Below, piece by piece: positions 42,305 to 54,973 of a stretch of DNA of 64,000 nt. The stretch comes from Eledone cirrhosa (taxonomy: Eukaryota), in assembly GCA_964016885.1 (NCBI GenBank), contig OZ024743.1, positions 317,750,001 through 317,814,000 on the forward strand. Reading direction: 5' to 3'. The notes beneath the pieces are model-generated. The model was not told the origin of the DNA and did not search any database. It worked only from the letters and a program-made list of their open reading frames with translations. Made by a program: the position numbers and the translations under genes. Positions within the stretch are counted from its first letter, which is position 1. Each line of letters starts with the position of its first letter.

Positions 42305-42618
42305 ATTTCTATTTTCTATTGTTTTTGATGTATTTTGAATGACAGTTGGAAATTGGTAAAAAAATCATTATGTAATGGAATTGTGAAATAAACCATACTC
42401 TAAATGACACTTAAACATTTTATACATCAAAATATTAAAGTTTCATAAATTTATTCTTCACTCGTGAGAATTTCCAAACTGCATCATCTAAACATAATGT
42501 GTTGATTAGCTGCCTCAGCTTATAAACGGGGTTTGGATTTCTGTCTATTTCTCAGACATGGAGGAGGGGGTCAGCTTATATTTAAGTATATTCAGTAATT
42601 AACCTGTTTTATTTCCAG

Positions 42619-42803
42619 GTTTTGGAAGCATTGGAACAGTGATAGAAGGACCAATAATTGGTATTGCATCAACTATGTATGGCTGGTCTGGAATGTTCTA
42701 TTTAATGATTGGATTATCTTTGTTAGGTACTTTAGCTGTCTTTAAAGCAGCCTATACACAGAAAAACATAGACATTGAGGCTGCTGTCTTCCAAGAAGTA
42801 TAA
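42619..42803 (+). CDS. SLC37/GlpT-like antiporter, last coding exon
   Basis: ttttatttccAG acceptor; GFGSIGTVIEGPIIGIASTMYGWSGMFYLMIGLSLLGTLAVFKAAYTQKNIDIEAAVFQEV*; TAA at 42801-42803. Confidence 0.93.
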
Positions 42804-45011
42804 CTTAATCTTTGCAATTGACTGATTTTATATGAAATATTTGTAATCACAACAAATTCTGAAGAAGATTTTCCCATAAAAAATGTTTAAACATGGCTGT
42901 TGGTTCTCTTGATACCCTTGGGTACAATGATGGTATTTATATTACTGGTATTTACTTTCGTTTAACATTACTGCATTTGTTGATGGGTTCTCTCTTCATA
43001 GATCTGTCACCAACTGTTGCTAATGTCTTGTATTGTTTTTATATTTTCCCTATGAACACTCTGTCCTTTTATATGAATGTATTACAAATAACTGTTTATT
43101 TATTAATGAGTGCATTAGCTTTCTTATATAGATATTTGTCACCTCAATTGACAATGAAATATATTCACCAATAGTTAGTGTTTTAAGGCCATTTTTTCCC
43201 TCCTGCTAAAGCAATGTTAGCCTTGTGGGGTCTCATGAAAGGCTTCACACTAATCACTAGGTTATTTTTGAAGCAATGTTTTACAGCTGGATGTTCTTCC
43301 TGTTGCCAATCCTTTTCAGCACTTATTACAGCATACAGAGATACAGTGTAACTATTCTAAACTGGATACACACAACATTCTCAAATCTTACCATTCTGTG
43401 AATATATTTGATATCTTGTGAACAGTTCATCTAGCATCAATATTTAGCATATAACAGCTTTTATCTATTGTTATCAACTTATTGACCTCAATTTGTTTTT
43501 ACACATGGATAAATTATAATTTCTAACAGCTAAAAGGACATTTTACCCGAAGCTTCAAATGCAAGTTCAGTGTTGTAAATTAACAAAGGCAAACAAATCT
43601 ATTTAAAGAGTCTGAGAGATATATTAGCTTTCTAACACCTTGTATCCCATTAAACTGCATTAGCAGGACTTTCTTGAAAAGTGCAAAGCAGCAATATGAC
43701 TGTATCAGTCTTTACTCTAATACTGTGAATTCACAATGATCTGTCCACTAGTAAAGGTGCTATAAACATCTGAATTAACAAATCACATTAGCAAGACATT
43801 CTTGGAAAGTACATAACAGCACTATAACTGTATCATATTAAAAATTAAATGCTTTACTCTATCACTGAAAATTTTCACAATTTGTTCACTCAAAAAGCTA
43901 CTATAAACATGTACAAAATAACATTATAACTAAAATATTTTAAAGTGGGTTTATTAATTAAAATGTTTATAGTATCTTTACTAATGGATGGATTGTTGTG
44001 AAAATTTGCAGTTTTAAAGACTTTCATTTTCAATGTACTGCAGTCATAGGGCTGTTTTGTACTTTTCAAGAATATCTTGCTAATGTGATTCGAATGGTAC
44101 AGAATGTTAATAATTAATATAAGATTGTTTGTTAAGGATCCACACCTGTTTTTTCATTCTAGAGAGGATGTAGTGGTTCTGTCAGTTTTTATACATTTAT
44201 ATATAAATTGTGGGTACAGATATTTTTTACTTGTGGGTGTCTTTCTTACTATTAACTGTGAACTGGGTGTAGAACTTAGTTTTCTGCCAGGTTGACTAAA
44301 ACAATTTGAGTTAGGTATATCTGATTTGAACTTATGACCTTATGATAAAAAACCTAATACTTTAACCACTGAGCAACTGAATTCAATAATAAATATTGTG
44401 ACAAACTCTTTCACAAGAACTGAAGCCCCAACATCTGTAGTTATCAACATCTCGCTTACGTACATCTCATGTTCTACCAAGCACACTGGTGAGATTGTCA
44501 TGTCCTTGACGCAACTGAAGGGTCCTCCCAACTCTTTGTTTGGCAAGCTTTCTATGAACAGCTGCCCTTCCTATCACCAACCACTTTACAGCTTGTACTG
44601 GGTGTGTTTATTTTTAGATCACCAACACTAAGGAGGTTGTCATGTCCCTGACACAACTAAAGGGTCCTCCCAGCCCTTTGTTTGGCAAGTTTCATTTGTT
44701 ATTAATTAATAGCTAAGACATAACTACCTCAGTATGATTTTGAAATGTGATTTGTGGCATCCAACTCTTTCTGAGAATGCAAAACATGGCATCCGACCTT
44801 CTACCGATACTGCCAATCCACTTGTCATAATAATGTTAATCCATCAAATTGAACAGAAATGACCATAATAATAACTGGTCACTATATATAATAGTTGAGA
44901 AAATCAGGTTAAGTAACCATGGAGATGGAAAAAAAGTGGACAGAGGCACCTGCAATGAATCAATTCCTTCTTATCATCATCACCATTTAACATCCCTTTC
45001 TCTCTGCTATA

Positions 45012-45539
45012 TATAAGGTGGGTTGAAAAAACTCCTTAAAATTGTTAATAACTTTATCAATTATTGGTTGATTTTCATAAAATATGTTTTATCTTTAACA
45101 GTAATTGTAAAAGTACAGTGCAGTATTAAAATTCTACAAATGCACCAGTGTTGTTTAGCATTTAATCACCTGGTATATCCTCGACTGACTTCATCAGGAA
45201 CTCAGGCAGTATGTTGGTCAGTACATGACAAATACATTCCTCCAATTGAGTTAGAGTTTTGGTTTTGAGCTATAAACTTCTTCCTTCGATTACCCCCACG
45301 GGAACAAATCACATGCTGTTAAGTGAGGGATTCTTTTTTGCTATTCATGTGAATCTTGACGACTCAGCCAATGTTCTGGAAATTGGACATCAAGCTGCTT
45401 ATGGACAGTGTATACAAAATAAGGAGGGGGACACCCATCTTGCATGAATATAAAGTCATTGATGTTGTCCCAAATGGTCACAATAGTCTGAAAATTATAA
45501 GTGATTTTCAATAGGGAGTTTCTTTCCACCAACCCTGTA
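45012..45539 (-). mobile_element. Tc1/mariner remnant, internally deleted, with degenerate TIRs
   Basis: FMQDGCPPPY...FPEHWLSR and PHLTACDLFPWG resemble QQDGAPPH / SPDLNPCDFFLWG; ends TATAAGGTGGGTTGAAAAACTCC and GGAGTTTCTTTCCACCAACCCTGTA. Confidence 0.65.
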
Positions 45540-46487
45540 TATATATTTCTAATTTTCCTTATACCGGCTTTCCCAATGCTTCATGTAAACTATACTGTTT
45601 ATATCTAATATCTGGTGTAAAGGGGCATAGTTTATTGGTGAGTGTATTCAGTCCCTGATCATAATGTCATGAGTTTGATTCCCAGTTTTCTCAAAATAAT
45701 CATAATCATGTATATTATTTATCAACTTCTGCTGTCAGAAAAATATCCATAAGTTTAACCATAGTAAATATCAGTGCATATTTCATCCTTGTTCACTGTA
45801 GACTGATGTAAGAGATCAGTCGAGGGTGTTAAAAACCCCAAAAGATGTATGTTGTCCCCAAAATATCAGTTGTTATTATTGAAATATTATATCAACGTGG
45901 GATTACAGAATAAAAAAAATTAATAAATGAGATAAATGATGTGAAACACCAACATTTATTTGTAAATTGGGACTTTGAATTATTTATATAACATCTGAAG
46001 AAGAAAAAATATTCTTTGATTTTTGTAACATTGAATAAATATTTATTTTTGGATCTAACATCTAGAATTTTTGTTGTATTTCATTCCATGGTTCCCGAAA
46101 TCCTGAATTTTTCCAAAATTCTTGTACACAGATATTTGCTTTTTGTTTTGTTTTTGTTGTTTGTTTTTTTTAGTTTTGTTTGATGATTACTCAAGCATGA
46201 AACATGTGGAGTAAAAGACAATTAGTATTATATAAAGTCCTTATATATGGCTCAGTGACCATAAAAAATTCTTCATTTCAAACATAGAAAGCTAATACTA
46301 ACCCAGCTTCCTTCTGCAATCATCTCTCCCTGTGAGTTCCAAAACTTTAGAGCTGTGACCTTCAACATTGGCACCATGAAAGTAAAGGGAGATTGTAGAG
46401 ACACAAGAGTGAGAGAAAGTGGATTAGTAGTGAGTACAAGAGATAAGGAGGAGAGAAACTTCCGATAGACTCCACATAGTTGAAGAA

Positions 46488-46932
46488 CATCATCGTCATT
46501 TTTTTTACTTTTATTTTTCCATTCTTGCATGGATCGGATGGGTCCTCTTCAGCAGAGTATCTCTACACTTGCTTCATTCTTTATTGTCTCCTTTGTGAGT
46601 CTCAGTGATTTGAGATCAACTCTCACCACCTCTGCCCAAGACTGCCTTAGTCTACCTCTACTGTGGCTTCCTTCCACTGGGATTTCCTGGCACTTCTTCA
46701 CCTACCAATCATCATCCATGCATAGCACATGCCCATACCAAGGCAGTCTTCTCAGAAGTGATGTGCAAGAGAGAAGACTGGTATGGACATGTGGTGGTGA
46801 GAGCTACTGTCAAATTACTGATACTCACAGAGGAAATGATGAAGATGGTGAGTAGAGAGATGCAGTGCTGAAAATGGTCCGTCCAACCCATACAAGCATA
46901 GAAAAACAGACGTAAAAATAACAATGGTGATA
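46488..46932. mobile_element. Two decayed RTE 3' ends joined head-to-head
   Basis: 46488-46755 (-) and 46757-46932 (+) each carry RL.WYGHV remnants and RTE tails. Confidence 0.65.
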
Positions 46933-47019
46933 ACAGCGACAATTATCTCTACATATACACCACACTCTTGACTGAGAGAGAGGAAATGAAAGACCTCATG
47001 CTGACTGCCTTTGTTAACA

Positions 47020-48235
47020 AATAACAGTGACCTCATAATTATGGCTGGCCATTTTAATGGATACATTCGAAAACACTGGGCTTCCACAGTATCCACAATG
47101 GCTTTGAGTTTTGTAAAGGAAATGAGGAGAGATCAAAATTCTTTGAGTTCTGTGATTCTAATGATCTAATTATCAGCAACACTAATTTTAGTAAACCATC
47201 CAGCCATGTGTAAGTCAGGCAAGCACACAAACCAGATAGATTTTATTCTCACCAGAAGTTGAAACAGACTTTTGGTTGCAAACACAAAGTCCTTCCCTGG
47301 TAAGGAGTTCACCTTCCAACATAACCAAGTAATTAGTGAGTTTAGAGTTAGATCTAGACAAACTCGGAGACAGATGGCAATTTGGATGAGAAGGACTTGG
47401 AAGCTGAAGGAATCCCTGCTTGATTCTTAAACAAAAGAACATAGAGACTTACAAACTAGATGAACAATGTGGATTCCTGAAACATAATCTGCTGTAGGCC
47501 ACACATGAGATCTGTGGCTGGAGCAAAGCTCAAAGAAGATAGATGGTAACATGATGATGAGTCCCCCACCTTAGTTTCTCCCCCATTCACATTCTTGATT
47601 CCTGTTCCTCGTCTAAAATATGTCAGCATGGAAAGACTTACTCACACATACCATCTCCCACTGTGGGATAACTCCTTCCCTCAGTAATCAAACTGTAGCT
47701 TTCCCCCACCAACCACACTCCCTTTCCTAGTCTGGCTGAAGACACAACAAATATTCTAGTACTGTAAAGTGGCAGTGCTAGAGTCACAATGAAAACACCT
47801 AATACACTCTGTAAAGTGGTAGTGCTGCTGCCACAATGAAATGCACCCAGTAAACTCTGTAAAGTGGTAGTGCTGGTGCCACGATGAAATACACCCAGTA
47901 CACTCCTTGAAGTGGTAACGATGGTGCCACTATAAAAATGTACCCAGTATATTCTGTAAAGTGGTAGTGCTGATGCCATGATGACATACACCCAGTATAC
48001 TCCTTAAAGTGGTAGTGCTGCTACCATTATAAAAATGCACCCAGTTCATTCTGTAAAGTGGTAGTGATGGTGCCCCTATAAAAATACATCCAACACACGC
48101 TATAGAGTGGTTGGTGTTAGGATGGGCATCCGGCTGTAGAAACTATACCAGAATGGAACATTTGAATATAGTGTGGTCCTCTGATCTGTCTAGTCTCAAA
48201 CAGCTTGTGAAACCCATGCCATGTTGATGATGATA
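47020..48235 (+). mobile_element. Decayed RTE fragment plus 3' UTR containing ~8 tandem ~48-bp units (47760-48110)
   Basis: Remnants homologous to 49900-50460; repeated CACCCAGTACACTCTGTAAAGTGG; GGTTGGTGTTAGGATGGGCATCC; (GAT)n tail. Confidence 0.7.
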
Positions 48236-48619
48236 TGGGAAAGAGTTTTGAAGACATGCAAATGTTGTATTGAACATTTTAAGGAAAACAAACACAGCGT
48301 CCCCTTAAACTAATTTTATTATTCATAAAGGTGGATTTAATTCTTGATGGTATTGGTTTCAGCTTTCTGCATTTTGGGGTAAACTTTGCCTTTCATACTT
48401 TCATAGTCGATAAATAAAATACCAGTTCTATACTGGGATCAATTCTTCCTCTACATCTTGTTCTTACTTTCTCTCTACATTTCTCTAGAAGTGATCAGCT
48501 ATTTTCAGACCTGGAGAGGAGTGGAGTAGAATCCACCGGGTTTAATTATCCAGGAAATGTATGTCACAACAGCATCTTTACAATTCAATCAGGAATTCAG
48601 GGCACATAAATTGATGCAA

Positions 48620-48842
48620 GGGTGCTGGGTTAACAGTATTGGTAGAGCATAAGACAACATGCTTTAAGGCATATAGTTACATCCCTTTTGCATTCTGAGT
48701 TCATATCCCGCCAAGGTTAGCTGTGTCTTTCATCCTTATGGGGTGGATAAAATAAAGTACCAGTTACACACTGGGGTTGATTTACTCAATTTTCCCCTAC
48801 CTTTGAATTGTTGGCCTTGTGCCTAAATCAGAAACTATTATT
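48620..48842 (+). mobile_element. SINE family A, diverged
   Basis: A/B boxes and central TTTCATCCTTATGGGGTGGATAAAATAAAGTACC. Confidence 0.8.
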
Positions 48843-49546
48843 TATATTCATGTGGGTGTGTAAGGTGAAAGTAAATCTAAATCCAGATAGTTACAATTCA
48901 CTGATTTTGAAAGACATTTTAAATGGTCTGGTTTTGAAAGGTACCTAAAAAAATATTTATGCTTGTTAGGGATAATTAGGACAGGATTTTTTTAGAAGAG
49001 TACTAAGCTCTATGATTTTGAAAGAAATTCTAAAATGCTATATACAGACTCTAGTCTATAAATAAATGTTTCTGTAGCCTAGTTTTTCCTGATATCCTAT
49101 TTACACATATATATATAGTAAAAGACCAATGATTAAAAAAAAAAACCGGTACAGTGTAGTAGAAAAGTATGAAAAGCAAATGATGACAAATGAAACAAAA
49201 CAAAACAAAGTAACGTTTTACCCAGTGTGTTTTAGCATACTTCAGGGTTGTTACCCTCTTTTCAAATGCAAAGCTGAAACAATCTCATCACCATCATTGT
49301 TTTAACGTCCACTTTCCCTTCGGATCTACATAAACCAAGTCAGTACTGAAGTGGGGTCACTGATCTCTGAGACAGGCCAGGGGGTCTGTGTCTCGCTTAC
49401 GTATGGTCTCACGTTCCATCGAGTGCACAAGAGAAGTTGTCATGTCTTTGACACAAACCCTTTGTTTGGCAAGTACTGGGTGCGTTTATCGTGCCTATAT
49501 ATGTGTGCACGTGTTTGTGACTGTGTGTGTATGTATGCATGTAACA

Positions 49547-50725
49547 GGTAGATCTGGTGAGATAGTGGAGATGCTAGAGAGAAGACATGTGGATGTGTGC
49601 TGCATGCAAGAGGTGAGATGGAGAGGTGCCTCTGCAAGACTAATCGCTGGCAAACATCTTAGTTATTAGCTTTTCTGGGTAGGTAACAATGGTGGGGTAG
49701 GCATTTTACTGGCTGAGAGATGGATCAATAAGACAATAGAGGTAGTTAGAGTCAGTAATAGAATAATTAAGATTAGATTAGTTGTAGGCAAGAGACTACT
49801 GACAATCATATCTGCCTTTGTTCCCCAAGCAGGCCTAGGTAAAGAAGAGAAAGACTGCTTTTACGAGCAACTTTTACAAACAGCCTCAATGACAGGACAG
49901 AGACATTGTTATGCTAGCAGGGGACTTCAACGGTCATGTTGGACAGCTCCTGGGTGGATACACTGGGGTACATGGTAGGCACGGTTATGGCTCAAGAAAC
50001 GAAGGAGTGAGGCTTCTTGAATTTTGTGATGCCAGTGCACTAACCATTTGCAAAACTAACTTCAAGAAACCTACCAACCACCTAATAACCTATCAGGTGA
50101 ACACATAAGCCAGATTGACTTCTTGCTAGTTAAGTAGCGAGACAGACAGATGGTGTCAAATACTAAGGCATACCCCTGGGAAGAATGTACCCCATAGCAT
50201 AGGTTAGTCGTTAGTGACATCTCAATAAGCAAGAGACAAAATGACACATACAGGAAAGTGGGGAAAAGGAAGGGCTGGAAGCTAAAAGACCTTTCATTAA
50301 AATATAAATTTAGGAAAGCTCTTCAAGATGTTTATGACGAGAAAGAAGACGATTTAGAATCATATGACATAGATGATAACTGGAATTTCTTATGTGACAA
50401 CTTACTGCAGGCTACTGAAGAAACTTGTGGCTGGAGCAGAGTTCCGACCAGAGTGACCTGGTGGTGGAACAGCACTGTAGATAGGGCCATTAAAGACAAA
50501 AGACTAGCATGGAATGCTTGGAAAAATGGTGGGAGTAGAGACCGATACACAGCTGCTAAGAGAGAAGCTAGACATCAGGTGTACTTAGCACACAGGGAAG
50601 CTGAGAGTAGGAGATTTGCCAATGTTCTACGACGGGAAGATCGGAGACATGCAGTGTTCCGCATTGCTAGGCAGTGTGTCAGTGTAAATCAGGATGTTGG
50701 AGATAAATGTGTCTGAAATGATGCT
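49547..50725 (+). mobile_element. Decayed RTE LINE 5' part (APE endonuclease and linker)
   Basis: VDVCCMQEVRW, AGDFNGHVG, TNFKK, SQIDF, TWWWN, with stops; homologous to the start of the 34211 element. Confidence 0.88.
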
Positions 50726-51250
50726 GATGTCACAACCCATTTCTACAGCTAAGTGAACTGGAGCAACATGAAATAAAGCGTTTTGTTCAATGATCCAACG
50801 ATCACCCAGTCCGGGAATTGAACCCACAATCTCACAATTGCAAGCATAACACTCTAACCACTAAGCCACGCTCCTTTACAATGTGGAATATTTATGTAAT
50901 TAAGTTTTGTATATATTGTTTGTGTGTGAAGGCACGTTACTTTGAGATTAGTATATTGGGCTCAAGATCGTAAGGGTGTGAGTTCGATTCCCGGCGGCGC
51001 ACTGTGTCCTTGAGCAAGACACTTTAGTTCACATTGCTCCAGTCTACTCAGCTGGCAAAAATGAATTGTACCTGTAATTGGAAGGGCTAGCCTTGTCACA
51101 TTCTGTCTCACGCCGAATCTCCCCGAGAACTACGTTAAGGGTACACGTGTTTGTGGAATGCTCAGCCACATGCACATTAAGTTCACGAGTAGGTTGTTCC
51201 GTTGGTCGTATCAATTTGAACATTCCTCGTCGTAACCGACGGAGTGCTGC
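50726..51250. mobile_element. Two family B-type SINEs head-to-head (50726-50877 minus; 50928-51250 plus)
   Basis: tRNA B boxes and CCTTGAGCAAGACACTT...TTGCTCCAGT core in opposite orientations. Confidence 0.75.
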
Positions 51251-51692
51251 TAATTCCTAATATTGTGCATATATTTTCATTCTGTAAGTATTATAAATAT
51301 AGTATAGATTTGTATAGGACCCTTATATTTCAAAATGTAGCCTTACTAAATATCCATTATTTTGCGGAAAAAAAACAAAAACAAAATAAAAAAACGAATA
51401 TTGTTGAGTAAGTGGTAACATGGTAAACAGTTAGCCAATTGGTATTTTCCTGGAGTAGTGAGAGGAGGAAATGGTGATGTTTGTTATAAATCCAAGAAAG
51501 GATGGAAGAGGAAGCAGAAGAAAGATGGGGAAACGGGAAGTTTGAAACTGATAAAATGCAATCTTTCAGCTGCATACATCAATATCTGAATACGCATGAG
51601 TGTTTTTTTATCTCCGCCCCCAAACCTCATTTTCCCCTTTTCCTTCCTCTTATCACACTTTTCTTTTTATTTTTCTTCTATTTCTAACTCTA

Positions 51693-51728
51693 TCTTCTGA
51701 AGAAGGACTAGTGTCCGAAACGTTAAGA
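51693..51728 (+). ncRNA. Minimal type I hammerhead ribozyme motif, copy 1
   Basis: TCTT CTGAAGA A GGAC tagt GTCC GAAA CGTT AAGA. Confidence 0.8.
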
Positions 51729-52189
51729 CTCTCTTCCTGCTATTTCAAGCGTTAAACTAATATATTTCTTCCATGTAATGTGTCATTTTTGCTTACTTCA
51801 TACTGGAACTCAAATAAACTGAAAACATAGCATTAACGCGTTTGTCTGATTAGCCTCATATGCATACAGAGCTTGAGGCTTACTAGGCCTGAACAAGAAA
51901 TAGTATTAGGATATTCACTCCAACATAGCTGTATGCATACATGTATACAACATATATATATCGGACGTACGTGCACAAGTATAGCTCTTTTTACAAAACG
52001 TTTTTTTTTTCCATTTTAGGTAGACGCGCTCCATCATCCACTTTTCTAAAAAGTAAATCATACACAAAACGCCAGCACCAACAGTTTTCCAAGGGATGTC
52101 AACATGAATGGACCTGTTATTTTTATCTGAAGACATTTTTTCCAATTCCAACCTTCCCGTCCCCTCAATCTATCTTATTTCTCATTCTT

Positions 52190-52225
52190 TCTTCTGATGA
52201 AGGACTAGCGTCCGAAACGTTAAGA
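52190..52225 (+). ncRNA. Minimal type I hammerhead ribozyme motif, copy 2
   Basis: TCTT CTGATGA A GGAC tagc GTCC GAAA CGTT AAGA. Confidence 0.82.
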
Positions 52226-52323
52226 CCCTCTTCCTGCTATATCAAGCACTAACCTAATATATCCCTTCCATATACTGTACCGATTGTATTGTTATTTCTG
52301 TTTTCCTTTTACATACACACACA

Positions 52324-52368
<45 letters not shown>

Positions 52369-52975
52369 TTTTTCTTTTTCTGCACACATACTTTTTTGAT
52401 CTATACAAAAAATACCCTCCCACTACAACCACCATAATACTCTTGCTTACCCGCTTAAAGTGCTTGCATTACATGTAACACCTTGCCACACAATACTCGT
52501 ATATAAATGAGACACACTTGCATGCACCATGTATGACTAACGCATACACTATCTACTAGATCTGATTATCGAACTATCCTCTTGCATTATCTGTGTTATC
52601 TGCCGCATGTATTTTAATTTTTATTTTAAATTTGAATTGCTGTACAAATATAGTATAGTATAATATATGTCACTCCACTGTACATCAATATATATATATA
52701 TGTATCTGTATGTCTCTTGCGTTGGATAGGAGGTCAATTATGTGTACAAGCATTGAAAAATGCTCCGAAGATTCCAAGCCTAGGTTTGGATGAAACAACT
52801 GTAAGTGAATAAATGCTTTGAACATAGCTTTGATCCTTGTGAATTCTAATAACTGCTCTGTAGAACAACTGATGTTCTTACATTGAGCTATTTATCTTAC
52901 TGGTAATAAGGTAGTAATAAATTACTGACCTTCCCTGTTTATAGTTTAAAATATACATAACTATAAATAGTATCC

Positions 52976-52982
<7 letters not shown>

Positions 52983-53068
<86 letters not shown>
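52983..53068. repeat. (TA)n microsatellite; other long (TA)n/(GT)n tracts at ~59284-59344, 59845-59967, 62105-62185, 62468-62518
   Basis: Directly visible. Confidence 0.98.
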
Positions 53069-53071
<3 letters not shown>

Positions 53072-53949
53072 GGCGGTGGTAGCACTAAGTGTATGAGCAT
53101 TATAGAGGTATATATGAAAACATATACGTTTCTATACAATAAACACATGGGTAGCTTCGCTGTGCTGCAGAAAAATATTTTTTCGTAACGAAAAAATTAT
53201 AATTTTCTCTATTTTTCCACTTATCAAATATTTCCTTCAGTGCCTGTGAGTGAAATGCAGTGCCATTGCTCATCAGCAGCTCAACTACAAGGACACGCTC
53301 CAGGAATATTTAGTTCAGCATTCATCTGCAGCCCTCGTCTTTATTTCCTCCCATATTGCTATTCGCTCCGGCCCACAGTCTACCATCGAGAGATACGTCC
53401 CCTGCCGGTAAACGTCATATCAACTGCAAATCGTTCCCAGTTGGGTTCCACCAGAATGTTTCCCGTCTTGTGCACATCCGGAGCGGGGTCGATGGACTTG
53501 TAACGAAGGGTATTATTAAATGTTGTTAGATGAATGAACAAGAATAGCTGAATTACTTTATATATAAAAAGGTTTACTTCACTTCAGTCAAAAAGAACAA
53601 TAAACAAGTTACCACGAGTAGCAAAGGTTGATGATGTTATTTTGTTGTTGGTTCAAGAGACTGGTGTAGTCTGAGACCAGGTGAAAGAGAGAGTAATGGT
53701 CTGTACTTGTCTGTAGACCTCTGCGGCCTGTAAGTGGCGTTGAATCTTTACATAGTTTTCTATAGAGTATGGCGCCGATCTCCTGTGTAAAACGTGGGAT
53801 AATACAGGCTTCATATACCTGTCGCATTGTCTCCTACTTTGAGGGATCGCCCACGCATGAACCTACCCACACCGAAAAGGATGGTGACATAGAATTTGAC
53901 TTTTAGGTGTCACCCAAGGTTCAAGGCGTGGACAGATTTCGCTACATTA

Positions 53950-53960
53950 GTTCCCTACCC
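53950..53960 (-). promoter_or_regulatory. Polypurine tract of the LTR element
   Basis: GGGTAGGGAAC just upstream of the 3' LTR on the minus strand. Confidence 0.65.
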
Positions 53961-54955
53961 AGATGGATGAAGGAGCAGCGATCTATTATAAAAGGCGTAG
54001 CGAAATCTGATTCCAGAAGCGTGTCCCAAAACACACAAAAGGTGGGTACTGCGCCCGCATTTCGAGTGCAAAGAAATTTGGAGAGAGAAAAAAATAATAA
54101 TATCGTATAACTGTGTATGCATGTGTGTGTGTGTAAAATTTAGAAGAAACTGTAAATATACAAAGTTGTGATCATGTATTTCGAACTGTTGTGTATGGAT
54201 GGCTGAACGTTCGGGGTTGCAGTATCAGATTACGATATGACAACACAGAGGACTATTTCTCTCGATGTATCATCATACGTAAGATGCTTTTCCAGTGAGT
54301 CGAGGTTTACGCTATGACATGAGTGTGTGCAATTTTAAGTTGCGTGCTTGAGTGAGTCCAGGCGAGTAGTACCCGTGGGTTGTTTATCATGTGTTTAATA
54401 GCTGTTGCCGTACCTCGACCAGGTGAAAAGTGATCTCGCAGAAACCCAACCGAATCATCCAGAACATACCATAGACAAAAACATGTTGGTGTATGACAAA
54501 GAAATGTGTGTGCGTATGCAGGCATGTAATACAATATAACAAATTTAAAAAAAAAATGAACGTTCATATATAACCTGTAAAAAAAATATATATATATATT
54601 TATATAATTGTTCTTTACAAAAAGTTCAGTTTTCTCTTCTTTATGTTATCGTTTTCTTGCTAGGAAGCTAGTAGTATTGTCTGTTGTTGTTGTTGTTGTT
54701 GGAGATTACGAAGCACGTGGTGAAGTGTTTTGGTAATGAATCGAAATATCAAAGCGAAGTCACTGTAAATATTCCGTAGATTGGATGTTTGGTGAATAAT
54801 TTGAAAAAGTGAAGTTTTATCATATCGTACCATATAGATGGGAAGCTTGATAATTATATATTGCTGAGAAAGTTGTTGATGTTGGCAATGGAAGCCACGA
54901 TCAGAACAATGCGTGTTGTTTTCTTTTTTTTAAAGTACTACTTCGTATTTTTTTT

Positions 54956-54973
54956 ATCACGTCGGGGTCACCA
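54956..54973 (-). promoter_or_regulatory. Primer-binding site complementary to tRNA-Trp
   Basis: TGGTGACCCCGACGTGAT, 1 nt from the 5' LTR; this is the tRNA-Trp PBS known from avian leukosis/sarcoma viruses. Confidence 0.9.

Noticed and set aside
42804-46050. Extent of the 3' UTR and poly(A) site of the transporter
   Set aside because: Several AATAAA candidates in AT-rich DNA; cannot choose one without transcript data.
51829-51865. Minus-strand hammerhead-like remnant between the tandem pair
   Set aside because: Both core segments have deletions; too degenerate to call.
54650-54900. gag remnant inside the miniature LTR element
   Set aside because: Only a few suggestive residues (IKLP...), with no continuous frame.
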